Assembly (NCBI RefSeq): GCF_001194135.2
Contig: NC_068983.1
Span: forward strand, 138,540,926 to 138,604,925
Origin: Octopus bimaculoides
Lineage: Eukaryota
Direction: 5' to 3'
DNA length: 64,000 nucleotides
Part shown: piece by piece, positions 47,541-59,883 of the stretch
How the letters are laid out: each line of letters begins with the position of its first letter
How positions within the stretch are numbered: position 1 is the first letter of the stretch
Program-made: the position numbers and the translations under genes
The notes under the pieces: generated by a model
What the model was told of the DNA's origin: nothing
Databases searched by the model: none
What the model saw: only the letters and a program-made list of their open reading frames with translations

Positions 47541-47852
47541 ATATCGTTATATTTCGGGATGGCCATTTTTTTGCCATATATACACACGCACTATATATTC
47601 GTTCTCCACTTCAGATTTATTATTGTTTTATATGTCCTTTGTCTGGAAATCTTTTATCCCACATACTGTGACACCTTTAGCGACTCTCCTTCTCACAAGT
47701 CTCCGCCCGTTCTGTTTAGTCTATTGTCAATAACCAAAGATTTCCACACAAAATACATAAAGTAAGAACGATACTAAATCTGAAGTGATGAACGAATATA
47801 TAGTGAGTGTGTTTATTTGGCAAAAAATGACCATCCCGAAATATAACCATAT
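47541..47852. repeat. Foldback element: ~120-bp imperfect inverted arms, ~70-bp spacer
   Basis: ATATCGTTATATTTCGGGATGGCCATTTTTTTGCCA...CACTATATATTCGTTC...CACTTCAGATTTA pairs with TAAATCTGAAGTG...GAACGAATATATAGTG...TGGCAAAAAATGACCATCCCGAAATATAAC. Weaker pairing extends inward to GGAAATCTTT/AAAGATTTCC. Confidence 0.88.
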
Positions 47853-49243
47853 ATATATATATATATGTACACACATATATATATACGTACATTCATACAC
47901 ACGCGCGCTCACACACATATGTATGTACATGTGTGTGTCTGTGTCTGTATATATATATATATATATATNNNNNNNNNNNNNNNNNNNNNNNNNNNNNNNN
48001 NNNNNNNNNNNNNNNNNNNNNNNNNNNNNNNNNNNNNNNNNNNNNNNNNNNNNNNNNNNNNNNNNNNNNNNNNNNNNNNNNNNNNNNNNNNNNNNNNNNN
48101 NNNNNNNNNNNNNNNNNNNNNNNNNNNNNNNNNNNNNNNNNNNNNNNNNNNNNNNNNNNNNNNNNNNNNNNNNNNNNNNNNNNNNNNNNNNNNNNNNNNN
48201 NNNNNNNNNNNNNNNNNNNNNNNNNNNNNNNNNNNNNNNNNNNNNNNNNNNNNNNNNNNNNNNNNNNNNNNNNNNNNNNNNNNNNNNNNNNNNNNNNNNN
48301 NNNNNNNNNNNNNNNNNNNNNNNNNNNATAAAGTAAGAACGATACTAAATCTGAAGTGATGAACGAATATATAGTGAGTGTGTTTATTTGGCAAAAAATG
48401 ACCATCCCGAAATATAACCATATATATATATATATATGCATATAGATATATGTATATATAGGTGTCTAGATATATCTCTATGTATATATACATGAATATG
48501 CATATGTATATGTGCGTGAGTTTATGTGTGTGTGTGTGTGTGTGACTAAGTTCATTTCTAAGTGTAGGAAAATGTTTGCAACTATAAAGTTTTCTCAGAT
48601 GATAAATGACGAAAAAAGAAAAGAGTGACGGACTGAATGAAAATATCTATCAATTATTCTTGTCTTTAGTTCTTCACAGAACGTATAAATATATGGAATT
48701 AGAGTGAATGTAAAATCGATCGGCTAATGCAATAGTTATGATTTTTATCATAAAATTGAAGTGATAAAATGTGTCAAGTAGTTTCTCGTTATTTTAGATG
48801 GAAGAGAAATCTAAAAGTTTTTTCTACTCATAAGTGTGTGATATAGGGTGTTAAAAGGGAAGGATATAGAGGATAGAACACAAAGAATTATAAGCATTAG
48901 GTTGTTATAAAGTCCTCAAAAAAATGTTGGAAATTGAAATTTAATATTATGAAAATGTTCTCAAGATATGACAAGATTATAACATCTTTAACTGAAATGT
49001 GTTTTTGTGTCTGGAAAATTAAAAATAAAATTAAAGAAAAAAATGTTAAAAATTTATTTCAGATTCAAGCAAAATAAAACGCATATTCACAGAAATATAT
49101 GAAATCATTTATGTCCATATAATATTCGTGATGTGGTGATTGATAGCAGTGTTAGCGATTTTCTGACAATGCTTGAGCATATGTTTAAGGAAGTTTTTTG
49201 CGTATTTAAGTACCAAAAGTGTGAATACGTTTCTATGAAACTA

Positions 49244-49307
<64 letters not shown>

Positions 49308-49369
49308 TGTAGTAGTAATAGCAGCAGCAGCAGCAGCAGTAGTAGTAATAATAATAATAATAATAATAA
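49244..49369. repeat. Compound (TAG)n(CAG)n(TAA)n microsatellite
   Basis: Directly visible. Confidence 0.97.
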
Positions 49370-49559
49370 CGATTATTCCACACGCATGCGCACTAACACA
49401 TATATTTGAGTATATGGAAAAACAATTCCGTTAGAATTGTATTTTAAAACACGACTTTATTTTTTTTGTTTAGAATAATTATTTTTCTGATATTTTTGTA
49501 TAAATTCCCTGTAGTTTCTTTGAAACTATAAAGTTCTAAATCAATAATCAACGTTTCAA

Positions 49560-50680
49560 TACTTTCACGATCTCATTTCAAGTAAGAATTGGTGATGGTT
49601 CATGCTACTACCTCTTTAAATGTTTATAAGATCAATGTGATTGATGTAGGTATTATTATTGGAATTTCATTATCATTGCATGTTGGCGTTTTTGCATTTA
49701 AGTTTGACTAGTGTAATGGTTCCGACAGTATCTATTTTAATATTATATTGCTATATGAGAATTAGTTTTATCTTTAATATTCTGAATACATGAAGAATTC
49801 TGCACAGCATAGATATATTTTAAGCTGATGCTTTGCGCTCTAGTTTATATTCATGTGGCATAGTTCCTTGCGTTCGTTCCTTGTCAGTATATGGTTTGCA
49901 AGTGGTAGAGTGTCATAACTGTGTGAGTATTGTAACAGCTGTAGTCGTAATTTTTACAACTTCCACGTTTACAATCAGATGCATCACGTTGGTTGTTGTT
50001 TCATTGCAAGTTTACATGGCTGTGCTTTATTGCACAATTTCAAACTTTAGTGTCTTTGTAATATGTTATTGGTTTATGGCTTCGTATGAGCGATTTTGTA
50101 TTTTGATTTATAAGGAATTTTGTAGTGTTGATGTATTTCCCTGTTGATATGCATTTGTTTCTTATATTTTGCTTAGCCAGTATAATTTTGATGCAGATAA
50201 TATCTGAACTAGTTGATTCATTATATTTATGTATCTTGCATTTGGCACATCAATTTGTTAGAATACCTGCTGTTTTTTAGTGTATATTACATTTTGTGGA
50301 TTCTTTTATCCATTGCTTCTTTTATAGAAAGGAATCTCACTAACCTTCAAAGTAGGGCATTTTTTGTTGTGGACTGTATTTCTGTGAAACTCCACTGTCT
50401 CTATATAAGTATAGAATATATTTGTTTATTTGGTGTAAAACGGAAGTGATATATCCGTTGTTTCTATCCGAAAAAAGGAGGTATTGTATTCTTATTTTTT
50501 ATCTGCATCCTTTGGATGAATTTTAGTGCGGAGATTTTTGTAGGTTATCTTCCAATTTTTCGACGCTATCCTCTGCAATCATTAAAAAGCGTGAATTTTC
50601 CCTATATTTGATGTGTGTTGTACGCTTATATCATTCCAGCATTTATTTTGTATCGATTCAACTTGTATTTAATACCGCGA
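49560..50680 (-). mobile_element. Penelope-like element remnant (RT C-terminus plus GIY-YIG), old
   Basis: Minus-strand fragments resemble RFL(D)DC, LHP.IQF, LPFLD...NGYIT, K.CKRGSC, LIYCI.C and C.NHY(I)GQT. Many stops. Confidence 0.6.
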
Positions 50681-51124
50681 ACGTGGACCTAGAGGTAGAT
50701 CTAGTGGGATTACAGGCACACAGATTGCACTATCAAATCATGCAAATTTGAACGCCTTTGCTCTTTCACAAGGGTTTGCTAAGTCCCAAACATCAAATTA
50801 CAAATGTCCATTTGATGTAACTAGGTAAAGAATGTAATTTTGTAATTCAGCTACGTGAAAGAGATTTGTTCGTCTTTTGTTCAGAATCTTCATGTATGTA
50901 TATTTGTATGACACGATCCATTTAAATGTTTTGTCAAACGAGTATTGCTCTGAAATTCTGGGGAACAACTTTCTTAACATAACAGTATTATATTTGATCT
51001 CGAGGCATCATTTAAGTATTTGTTTTCATGTCACTGGCATCTCGTATTTTGTGACATCTGTACAGCGATTTGAAATCAATCGCCAATAAATCTCACTTGA
51101 TGAAATGTTTGTTAAATGATTAAA

Positions 51125-52850
51125 ACAACTTTTTTAATAATGGTACTTTTGAGCCCTCAGTCTATCACTGGCGAGCACAAGTGGTAGCAGTTAGAAACAG
51201 TGACAACAATACTCTCTTTTTTTACCAACTATTTACATGCAATTAACTGCTACTGACACCTATGCACTCCGAATACAGACGATTTCATGCGTTCTGTTTC
51301 ATGCAAGAACTATATTTGAAAGCAGCATTAGTTCATATTCCACTCCATAATAGCAATACCCTGGTTTTCAAGCTCTTGGAAGCTTTTTTTCCAGTTTACT
51401 AATTTACACTTTTGCATGACTAATGTCGTAAGTGCTTCTGAAAGAATGATTGATGATATAATTACCAACAATATCAAGGGAGTTTATACAACTCACGAGA
51501 ATTTTATGGTCATTGGCGAAATGATTGAGGAGCATGATGGAAACTTCGGTCTATTTCAGTACTGAACAACTCCAATATTATATAAACAATGACAAATGTC
51601 TTCTCGGTCAGACATTCATTTGTTACTCAGAATACACAATAGAAACAAATTCACTGAAAAGGATGGGGGAAATTGAAACGTCTTGCTGATTATCTGATAC
51701 CGGCTAATACTATATAACTACACCAAATTAGTATTTTCTTTATCAGAACTAAGTCAACATCCTACTAAATATTATTTTTCCACAGCACAAAGGCGTCTGC
51801 TAAAAACCTCAGCAGTAAGTTCCTTTCGTCCTGCTATCTTATCCGATGTTCCTCTACTCTTTGAACTAATTAACATTCCAAATGCCCTATCTCAGTACAA
51901 TAAGCAATTCGCTTTGTTTTCCAGAACTTATCAAAATTTGAGTAACATTTCTCACCAACTAAAATGTGTGTTAAGGCTATCCTAGAAAATGTTATGAAAT
52001 GGCAAATCTGTTTAGTGTGAGGCAATACTGCATTAGACACTGTTCAATAAGAAAAACGAAAAATGATACAATTTCATAACCTTATAGAATTATCTGCTAA
52101 AAATTATGACCTGGTGAATATAACACAACCGCTGATGCTATATTTTACAATATTTCCTGGAATTCCAAATTTACATACGTTTTTGTGTCATCCGAGAATA
52201 ACTCGATTTTAGAACAGTCATATATAATAAGAACTTGTACAATCTAAAAAAAACAAAACAATCATGCTACGATTCCATCATTTACTTGAAACTGAATCAA
52301 CGAGTCTACAACCCGCTTCATGCAAAATTTATCAAGCCTACACAACAATTTGAACGTCTCAATGTCGATTTGAAAGATCCCATAATCTTATTTAATGTTT
52401 GTAAGTATGAATAAATACAATGCTCATTGCGTTTGCGGGCTGAGATATATCTGCAATAATTCGTTGCCTTCAGAATACATATTTCATGTTTGATACTCCA
52501 GGGTCAATTCACAAATGACAAGAATTCTCATATATGCCTTGAGAAATTATAGTATTCAGATTGATTTCATGAAAGCTACAGAAAATCGACGGAGTGACAT
52601 TTTACCGCTTCGCGTCACACAATTAGGTCTCTCTAATGCATCCCGACTCATTCTATGCTTTATGAACAAGTACTTAGCTTAATCGTCACTCGTAATGGGA
52701 CAGCTGTCTGGATTCGTTTTGCTTAAATTCTGCAATAAATATGAACTCTAGCTCGAAGAAGCTAAATCGATTGATGCTACTTAACGAGATGCAAGTATCA
52801 CATACTAAAAACTCAGTTGTACACACGTCGTCATCTGGAAGACAAAGTTC
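51125..52850 (+). mobile_element. Ty3/Gypsy LTR-retrotransposon pol remnant (RT-RNaseH-integrase order)
   Basis: Decayed motifs appear in order: EPS..(P)WRAQV; (D)LKAA..HIPL; A(F)ERMIDDII; (YLD)NF.V.G...EEHD.N; AILE...KW; KND.I...IELS..NYD; LCHP(G)ITR; TQQFERLNVDLK(G)P; IRCL...F.FDTPG.IH. No LTR found. Confidence 0.75.
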
Positions 52851-54262
52851 TCAGAAAATTTTATCAAACAATGATGGTAGCTGTATGAAAAACCTATTGA
52901 GAAAAATTCCTAAGCAAGTTCTTTGTTTGCTACAAGATATTCTGTCGATGAATGTCCCTCTCGCATTATCAGAAGTCTTGTTCAACAAGCACGACTCTAT
53001 CATTCAGATTCCCTCTTCCATCGACCAGAATCATGATGGGATCTGAAAGATTAAAGCTTTAAATTATCAATAAACTCCACAAGGTCATTATTGCAAAGTT
53101 TAGCTGAAATTTGTGAACCAATCGCAATCCGAAAAAAAAAAAAAGAAAAATATATTACCGGCCACTTTTACCTTGATACTTCGAACACCGAAACTCCAAA
53201 TTATAGGCGAATAAAACTCGTCGCATGTTTGAGCAACCTTTTCAACTCAGAATGTATGATGTTATATTTATTCATTAAATATTGTTATATAATTGAGTAA
53301 TTATATGTTCATGTTTTTATGTTTCTTTAATAACAATAGTTTTGCATTTTCGAAACAAATACGGCAATATTTTATTATACCAAAATCCGTGCAGTCTTCA
53401 GATATTAATATATAGGTTCGCCATCCATGTTATAGTTTGTGAATGACAGTATTATCTTTGCAATGCGTTGACGTTAATATTCAGAAGAAGACATACAAAA
53501 GAGAACATACACTGCGATAAAAGTTTTATCACTCAGGAAAACATTAAGAGTACGATAGGAAAATGTCAAAACGCTGATTATAGGTTGCTATTGGTATATT
53601 TGAATGTGAACGCTTTATTTTCATTGTCTTAGTAAAATGTAATATGTGCTAAGATCATGTACTAATTGAATAGATAACAATTAAGAAGCACGAAATAATC
53701 ATGTCAGATAAGAAAGCGAAACATATTTACGAGATATGAAACACATTAGGAAGAGAAATAAAAATAAAACGCAATTTCCAAATAGCACTGCTCTTCGTTT
53801 TGAATTAGTAGAGTAGTGAATGAGAGGTCAGGTAAGCGACTGATTAACAACGTTCTATAAAATTATAGTCTAATCCGCCTCGTCTCCGAGTTCAAGTCTT
53901 TAAAGTGTCAAAACAGTTTTCTGTCTCAGAATGGGCGGTTAAAAGGATACAAAGTACACTATGTTTATTTTCTTTATTAAAAACCCCTACAAAACAAAAG
54001 ATGCAAACAAAATAGAAACTGAATTAGTGTAATTTACTCAGTTATTTATTAGTCCATGAGAATCGATAAAGCAGTTACAATACTATTAGACCAATTAACA
54101 ACAATCCCATTCCCCTATATAAAACTGGAGTTGTTTCAACGTAAAACCATTACTGCGAAAATCATTGCTTTAATTGTGCAACAAAGATTAAGAATTCATC
54201 ATGAATAGCCGAAACTTATTTACGATTGCAAATCGTTGTGACAGTTATTTAATCCGTGAACA

Positions 54263-54304
<42 letters not shown>

Positions 54305-54700
54305 TGTTTCAGTCATTTGACTGCGGCCATGCTGGAGCACCGCCTTTAGTCTAGCAAATCAACCCCAAACTTATTGTTTGTAACCCTAAAACTTATTATA
54401 TTGACCTATTTTGTCGAACCGCTAGGTTACGGGGAACGTAAACACACCAGCATCGGTTCTCAAGCAATGTTTGGGGACAAATACAGACACACAAACATAC
54501 ATGCACACAAACTCACACACACACACACACATACACACACATACGACGGGCGTCTTTCAGTTTCCATCTACCAAATCTACTCACAAGGCTTTGGTCGGCC
54601 CGTGCCTATAGACACTTGCTCCGGGTGAAACGCAGTCGGTCTGAACCCGGAACCACATGGTTGATAAGTAAGCTACTTGCTACACAGCCACTCCTGCGCT
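54305..54700 (-). mobile_element. SINE family B, full length
   Basis: Reverse complement of 1616-1979 and 57659-58070: tail TTTCAGTCATTTGACTGCGGCCATGCTGGAGCACCGCC, internal (CA)n, head CACAGCCACTCCTGCGC. Confidence 0.92.
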
Positions 54701-55551
54701 ATTGTGTGTGTATATATAACTTTATCTTACTCACATAACTTATGAATTAGTTGGTATGTAATCATCACTTTTATCAAATATATGTTCAGACACTCATCTT
54801 GGTAATCTTACCAACGTTTCGATCACTTTTTATAATCATGTCCCTCCCTTAAACCGGTAATTGAAAGCAGAATATCAAAACCTTCTAACAAACAATTTGC
54901 ACTTCATGTGACCAGAAATCCTATATTTGTCAAGGAAATAAATATATTGTAGAAGAACAGATCAAGAATTATGAGTAACGATGCAGTCTACATAGGTTTT
55001 GTTACTATTTTCTGAAAGTTTTATGCGCTATGAATAAGAGATATAAACATAGCTTTAAGCCTTTGAACTGAACCCGAGAAAGAACTGAATTTTTCTCCGT
55101 ATCATCGAGTAAAGATATATCTCAAACAGACTACATCCATGATTAGTTTTCGTTTACTTTTGTAATGAAAGCTATCGTATTTCTTAAACATCGCTTCCTC
55201 ATTGAAGAGCTATTAACGATAAATCATTTGTGTATGTATTACAAAATGTAATAAGGCTACGTACCAATAATAACTACTGGGCTATGGAAGAGCGAAACAA
55301 TAAATATAGATGTCTGATGAGGAGGTTAATACAAAGAAAATTATCACTGATTTTCACTGAAAATTGTGGGAAACATTCTTTACCGCTCTATACTTTAGAT
55401 TCCTACATTGAATTCAGCATATAAGCCTCTTACCTAAATTCGTTGGACCACCTTTATCAGTTCAAACTGTAACCAGATATTATTCTGGAGATTCGTCACT
55501 GTCATATGCATATTCTAGTTATATGGAGATATTTCCTGAATTGTCACTATG

Positions 55552-55554
<3 letters not shown>

Positions 55555-55615
<61 letters not shown>
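55555..55615. repeat. (AG)n microsatellite
   Basis: Directly visible. Confidence 0.97.
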
Positions 55616-55617
<2 letters not shown>

Positions 55618-56439
55618 CAAAGGGAGAGTGCGCCCGTGTATTCCTATAATGCTTGGGAAAATCGGAATTGTTATTTACGTATAATGAGGAAGCTAGTGCA
55701 TATAGATAGTGAATCAGTTGGTTATCTTGCAAGTTGAAATTCCTGTTATTTTTCCCCCAATTAAAATCGTATTGTCAACCATAAAACTGTCTCTGATTAT
55801 CATCAATATGTATTTGTCGAATAAGTTTACAGAGAGGAAGGGAGGAAGAAAGAGAGAGAGAGGGGGGGGCAGGGGAATAGGGAGTGATGGAATGAGGGAG
55901 AGAAGGAGACCGTGGGGACGGTTATATTTCAGCATTTTTACATTACTTATGCTTTTAATGCTCGTGGTCTCCTAATTCACATTAGGAATGTTCCTGAAGA
56001 TAAATAGTATGCCACAGTTTACGAAATGAATAAAAGATGATAAATCCTGTGTAATTATCCTGGACATGGCATATTTTCACAGAAAGTTATCAGAATAAAA
56101 AAAATGAAAACATTAGAAACCACCAGCTACAATCATGAGGAAAATGTATATCAATTGAATAGAGTAATAGCTGTTTTGTAAAGTAAGCCCTTAAATTTAT
56201 TTAAATTGTTAGCATTAGGAAATTGTTGGCTTCTCAAAAGCAGGAGAGGGGGCAGAATCGAATTACGTCTGCTTAAATTCATATAAAACTTAAAAACATA
56301 CACTTAGGATAAAATTAGCCTTGCTTCATTATCTTCAATCTGAAATATTTAGGCGGTAATATATTTAAGTGCTTCTATTATATGAGCAGCAATCATTTAT
56401 CGGTTATTTCATGAATATAGACTTAAATGAAGGAATAAA

Positions 56440-56557
56440 CAGAACAATACATAAAGACATGCATGTAGGTATATATGTATATGAATACACACACACATAC
56501 ACATACACACATATATGTGTGAGTGTGTGTATGTACAATATATATATAATGTGTATG

Positions 56558-56630
<73 letters not shown>

Positions 56631-56900
56631 AACATATATATACATATATGAATATATAAATGTATGTATACAACATATATAGAGTATATGATATGTATAT
56701 ATATACACACATACATTATACACACACACATATATGTATACATGCATACATATGCATACATATATATACACACATATATATATATATATACACATACATA
56801 TACATACGCTATATGTCTGTGTATGCATGTGTATGCATAGCATGTATGAATTCATAAATTCCTGCACGGACGTATAGCTATACGTGTTCGTGCGTATATG
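56440..56900. repeat. Compound (TA)/(CA)/(TG) low-complexity tract
   Basis: Directly visible; it generates the spurious YIYI/VCVC ORFs. Confidence 0.9.
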
Positions 56901-57658
56901 CATATTATATAATCAAGAATATGAATTCATTGGATATATATTTAGATCAAAAGGAGGTTACCTACTAGTAAAAAATATGTGAAGTCAATTTGCAAAACTA
57001 CGAAAGCAGCAACAAACTACAATCTATATAGAGTATGTGCGGGTAGCTGCTAGAATGAGAAAAGGCAAAGAGAGGATGGGAACGTTATTCTGTGAAAGAG
57101 AAAACAAGTTGGAATTTATTAGGGGATAACCAAATGCTGAATGGTATTTTGTTCGGTGCTCAACTATATCTACATTCCGAAAATATTGAAATACACGATT
57201 AAAACAATTCACTGAATTCCTCACTTTGAAGACGCACGCTCTTGGTGCTTAAGGCTGTACACATAAGGATGTACACCACTCTATATAATTCAGTTCCGCA
57301 AACGCTAGGAGTGCTACAAAAATTGCCACTAATCGTGAAACGAGAGAACGAAGGTTCAGTGTTTATAAAAATTGAATTCGATCAATTATGGAGTAAGTCT
57401 AACAATTTTAGACAAATGTATAACAATGCATAGTCAACCAATTCACAACAGATTTGATGATAGCTTTTAGAGTTATTGTTGATGATAGAATTGGACCAGT
57501 GAAACAAAACAAAAAAAAAGCGCAAAAGCAAAACAAACTCACTTTTAAATTATTACACGGTAGATATGTTTTTATTACGGTAGTTTTCTACAAAATGTTA
57601 ACAATCCGTATCCTATATTAATTTCACCACAAATTATCATATATTCTGTTATTATATA

Positions 57659-58070
57659 GGCGCAAGAGTGGCTGTGTGGTAAGTAGCTTGCTACTAACCA
57701 CATGGTTCCTGGTTCTTTTCCCACTGCATGGCATCTTCGACAAGTGTCTTCTACTATAGCTTCGGGCCGACCACAGCTTTGTGAGTGGATTTGGTAGACG
57801 GAAACTGAAAGAAGCCCGTCGTATGTATGTATATATATGTATATATGCATGTGTATGTATATGTTTGTGCGTCTGTGTTTCTCCCCCCAACATCGCTTGA
57901 CAACCGATGGTGGTGTGTTTACGTCCCCGTAACTTAGCTGTTCGGCAAAAGAGAGCGATAGAATAAGTACTAGGCTTCCAAAGAATAAGTCTTGTGGTCG
58001 ATTTGCTCGACCAAAGGCGGTGTTCCAATATGGCCGCAGTCAAATGACTGAAACAAATAAAAGAGTAAAA
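57659..58070 (+). mobile_element. SINE family B, full length
   Basis: GGCGCAAGAGTGGCTGTGTGGTAAGTAGCTTGC...GGAAACTGAAAGAAGCCCGTCGTA-(TG/TA)n-...CGTAACTTAGC...GGCGGTGTTCCAATATGGCCGCAGTCAAATGACTGAAACAAATAAAAGAG. Confidence 0.92.
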
Positions 58071-58963
58071 GCGTATATATTCCAATTATCATTTGACATG
58101 GCCTCACAACAACCCATTAGAGGTTCATGACCCGTCATAAGAAGTTTTCTGCACAACTTTACAAACATTCTGCACAAACTTCCGAGCACTGGCTTAAAAG
58201 CTGAGGAGTTATCCACTTACAAATTTCAAGAACACAAATACATATTGATATTCTCGCAATTGAAAATTCGGTGAAGCAATAATGGATCTCTAAAAACCAA
58301 CCTCTCAAAAGTAGTATCCTTATCAAGTACCTCACATAACATTAAAAGCTATTGTTTTTCATGCAAATGAGTGTCAGAATAATTATTCTGAACGATTTGT
58401 CATTTAACAGGCATATTTTGTTTTCAGACTCACATGTAACATAATGTGCGTCCTGTCACTTCTTGAGTTAGTATGGTGAAAACGTAGTTTCACGAAGGAC
58501 AGCTAGTGAGATCAAAACGTGTCCAGGGCGGTTACTTGTATTTGTCGAAATGCTTAAAATAATACTAATCATTGAGCTAAAGGTGTAACCCCATCGCGTA
58601 GGTATTTCTAATTAAAACTTACACATTCTAAAATACATATCTTTAACTTGCATTTTGATTTTAGCAACTAATAGAAATATGCAAAGAAAGTGTAAATCCA
58701 ATGGAATTAACTTCACAACATGACTGCTAATATTTATTCAGTATTGTTGGGGAGGGTGCGTGTATGAATAAAAACAGTGTCTATCTTAGTGGAATTTCTA
58801 TTCAGGATGTAAAGGGTTTAGCACTTTATCAGAAAGTGTATCAGTTTTACTTCTTTAATATAAAAAAAAAATGTACTCCATATTACTGGCACGTACTTTA
58901 ATATATTGCCATATACTTTCAACTTTGTGAGGAAAAAGCTTTACAACTAGTAACACGCCTTGT

Positions 58964-59055
<92 letters not shown>

Positions 59056-59670
59056 GTATATATGTATGTATGTATGTATCACAGGATGAAAGGTATTTGA
59101 ATGGTGTTTTATTGTTCAGAAATCATTTCCTCACAATACTTATTTTTCGCTTCTCTTTTCCTTTCCATTTTATGTTAAAGTATTGTGTGTCAAAATGGTA
59201 TTTCTATGTTGATGATAGTTTTATGTTCTACGTTTCTAGTCACACGTTATAATAGAAATATACATTAACTTCATGTAAATGTTATTTCCTGTAGCGAGAT
59301 ACATACAGCTGCTACAATCGACCTCAATATTGTGAAGATATACAGCAATAGTTGTCGGATTCAGTTGAGTGGGAGACAAGATACCTTGCAGCATATAGCT
59401 AAGTCCTCTTTTGTTCTGTGTTCAAATTTTCTGCAGTTGATTGTGCTCTTTTTCCAGTATCGGTAAATTATCTACAGTGAAATATTGAGAGGTATGTTTG
59501 TGACCCATGTTAAAAAATCATAGTACTGATTATGTTTACTCAATCAACCCTTGTTGCAAAAATGTCAACTTTCGCACTAGAAGAGCGGGTTAAACTAAAC
59601 ATAATAAAACGAGTAGCGGTTTGTCTGTTATTTCTCTCGTCCTCTTTTAGAAGCCGTAGTTCCAAAATCC

Positions 59671-59883
59671 TTTCTACTATAGGCACAAGGTTTGAAATTT
59701 TCATGGGAAGAGGATAGTCAATTACATCGACCCTAGTACTCAAATGAAACATTTTTTTATCGACCCCCGAAAGGATGAAAAGCAAAGCAACCTTGGCGGA
59801 ATTTGAACTCAGATCATAAGGACGGACTATATGCTGCTAAATGTTTTGCCGTTGTGCTAACGATTTTGCCAGCTCGCCGCCTT
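59671..59883 (-). mobile_element. SINE family A, full length
   Basis: TTTCTACTATAGGCACAAGG...CATCGACCCTAGTAC...TTTATCGACCCCCGAAAGGATGAAA...GGCGGAATTTGAACTCAGA...GCCAGCTCGCCGCCTT. Confidence 0.9.

Larger units (their letters stand above)
1547..48327. other. Assembly gaps at 1547-1556, 10021-10378, 12200-12351, 14567-14638, 18650-18659, 20917-21137, 29419-29546, 46837-47429, 47969-48327
   Basis: N runs; all nine have a (TA)n tract on one side, consistent with short-read dropout. Confidence 0.99.

Noticed and set aside
47757-48438. Identical 111-bp copies (47757-47867 and 48328-48438) on either side of a gap
   Set aside because: Perfect identity, starting exactly at the gap edge and diverging after a (TA)n tract, points to an assembly overlap or juxtaposed haplotypes; it needs long reads before being treated as biology.
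52741-53046. 101-aa ORF after the integrase remnant
   Set aside because: It overlaps the decayed Gypsy integrase tail in another frame, and no independent motif was recognised.
58428-58590. Strong + strand acceptor (TTTTGTTTTCAG) with downstream donors
   Set aside because: All three frames hit stops within 20 codons; at best a non-coding exon, with no support.
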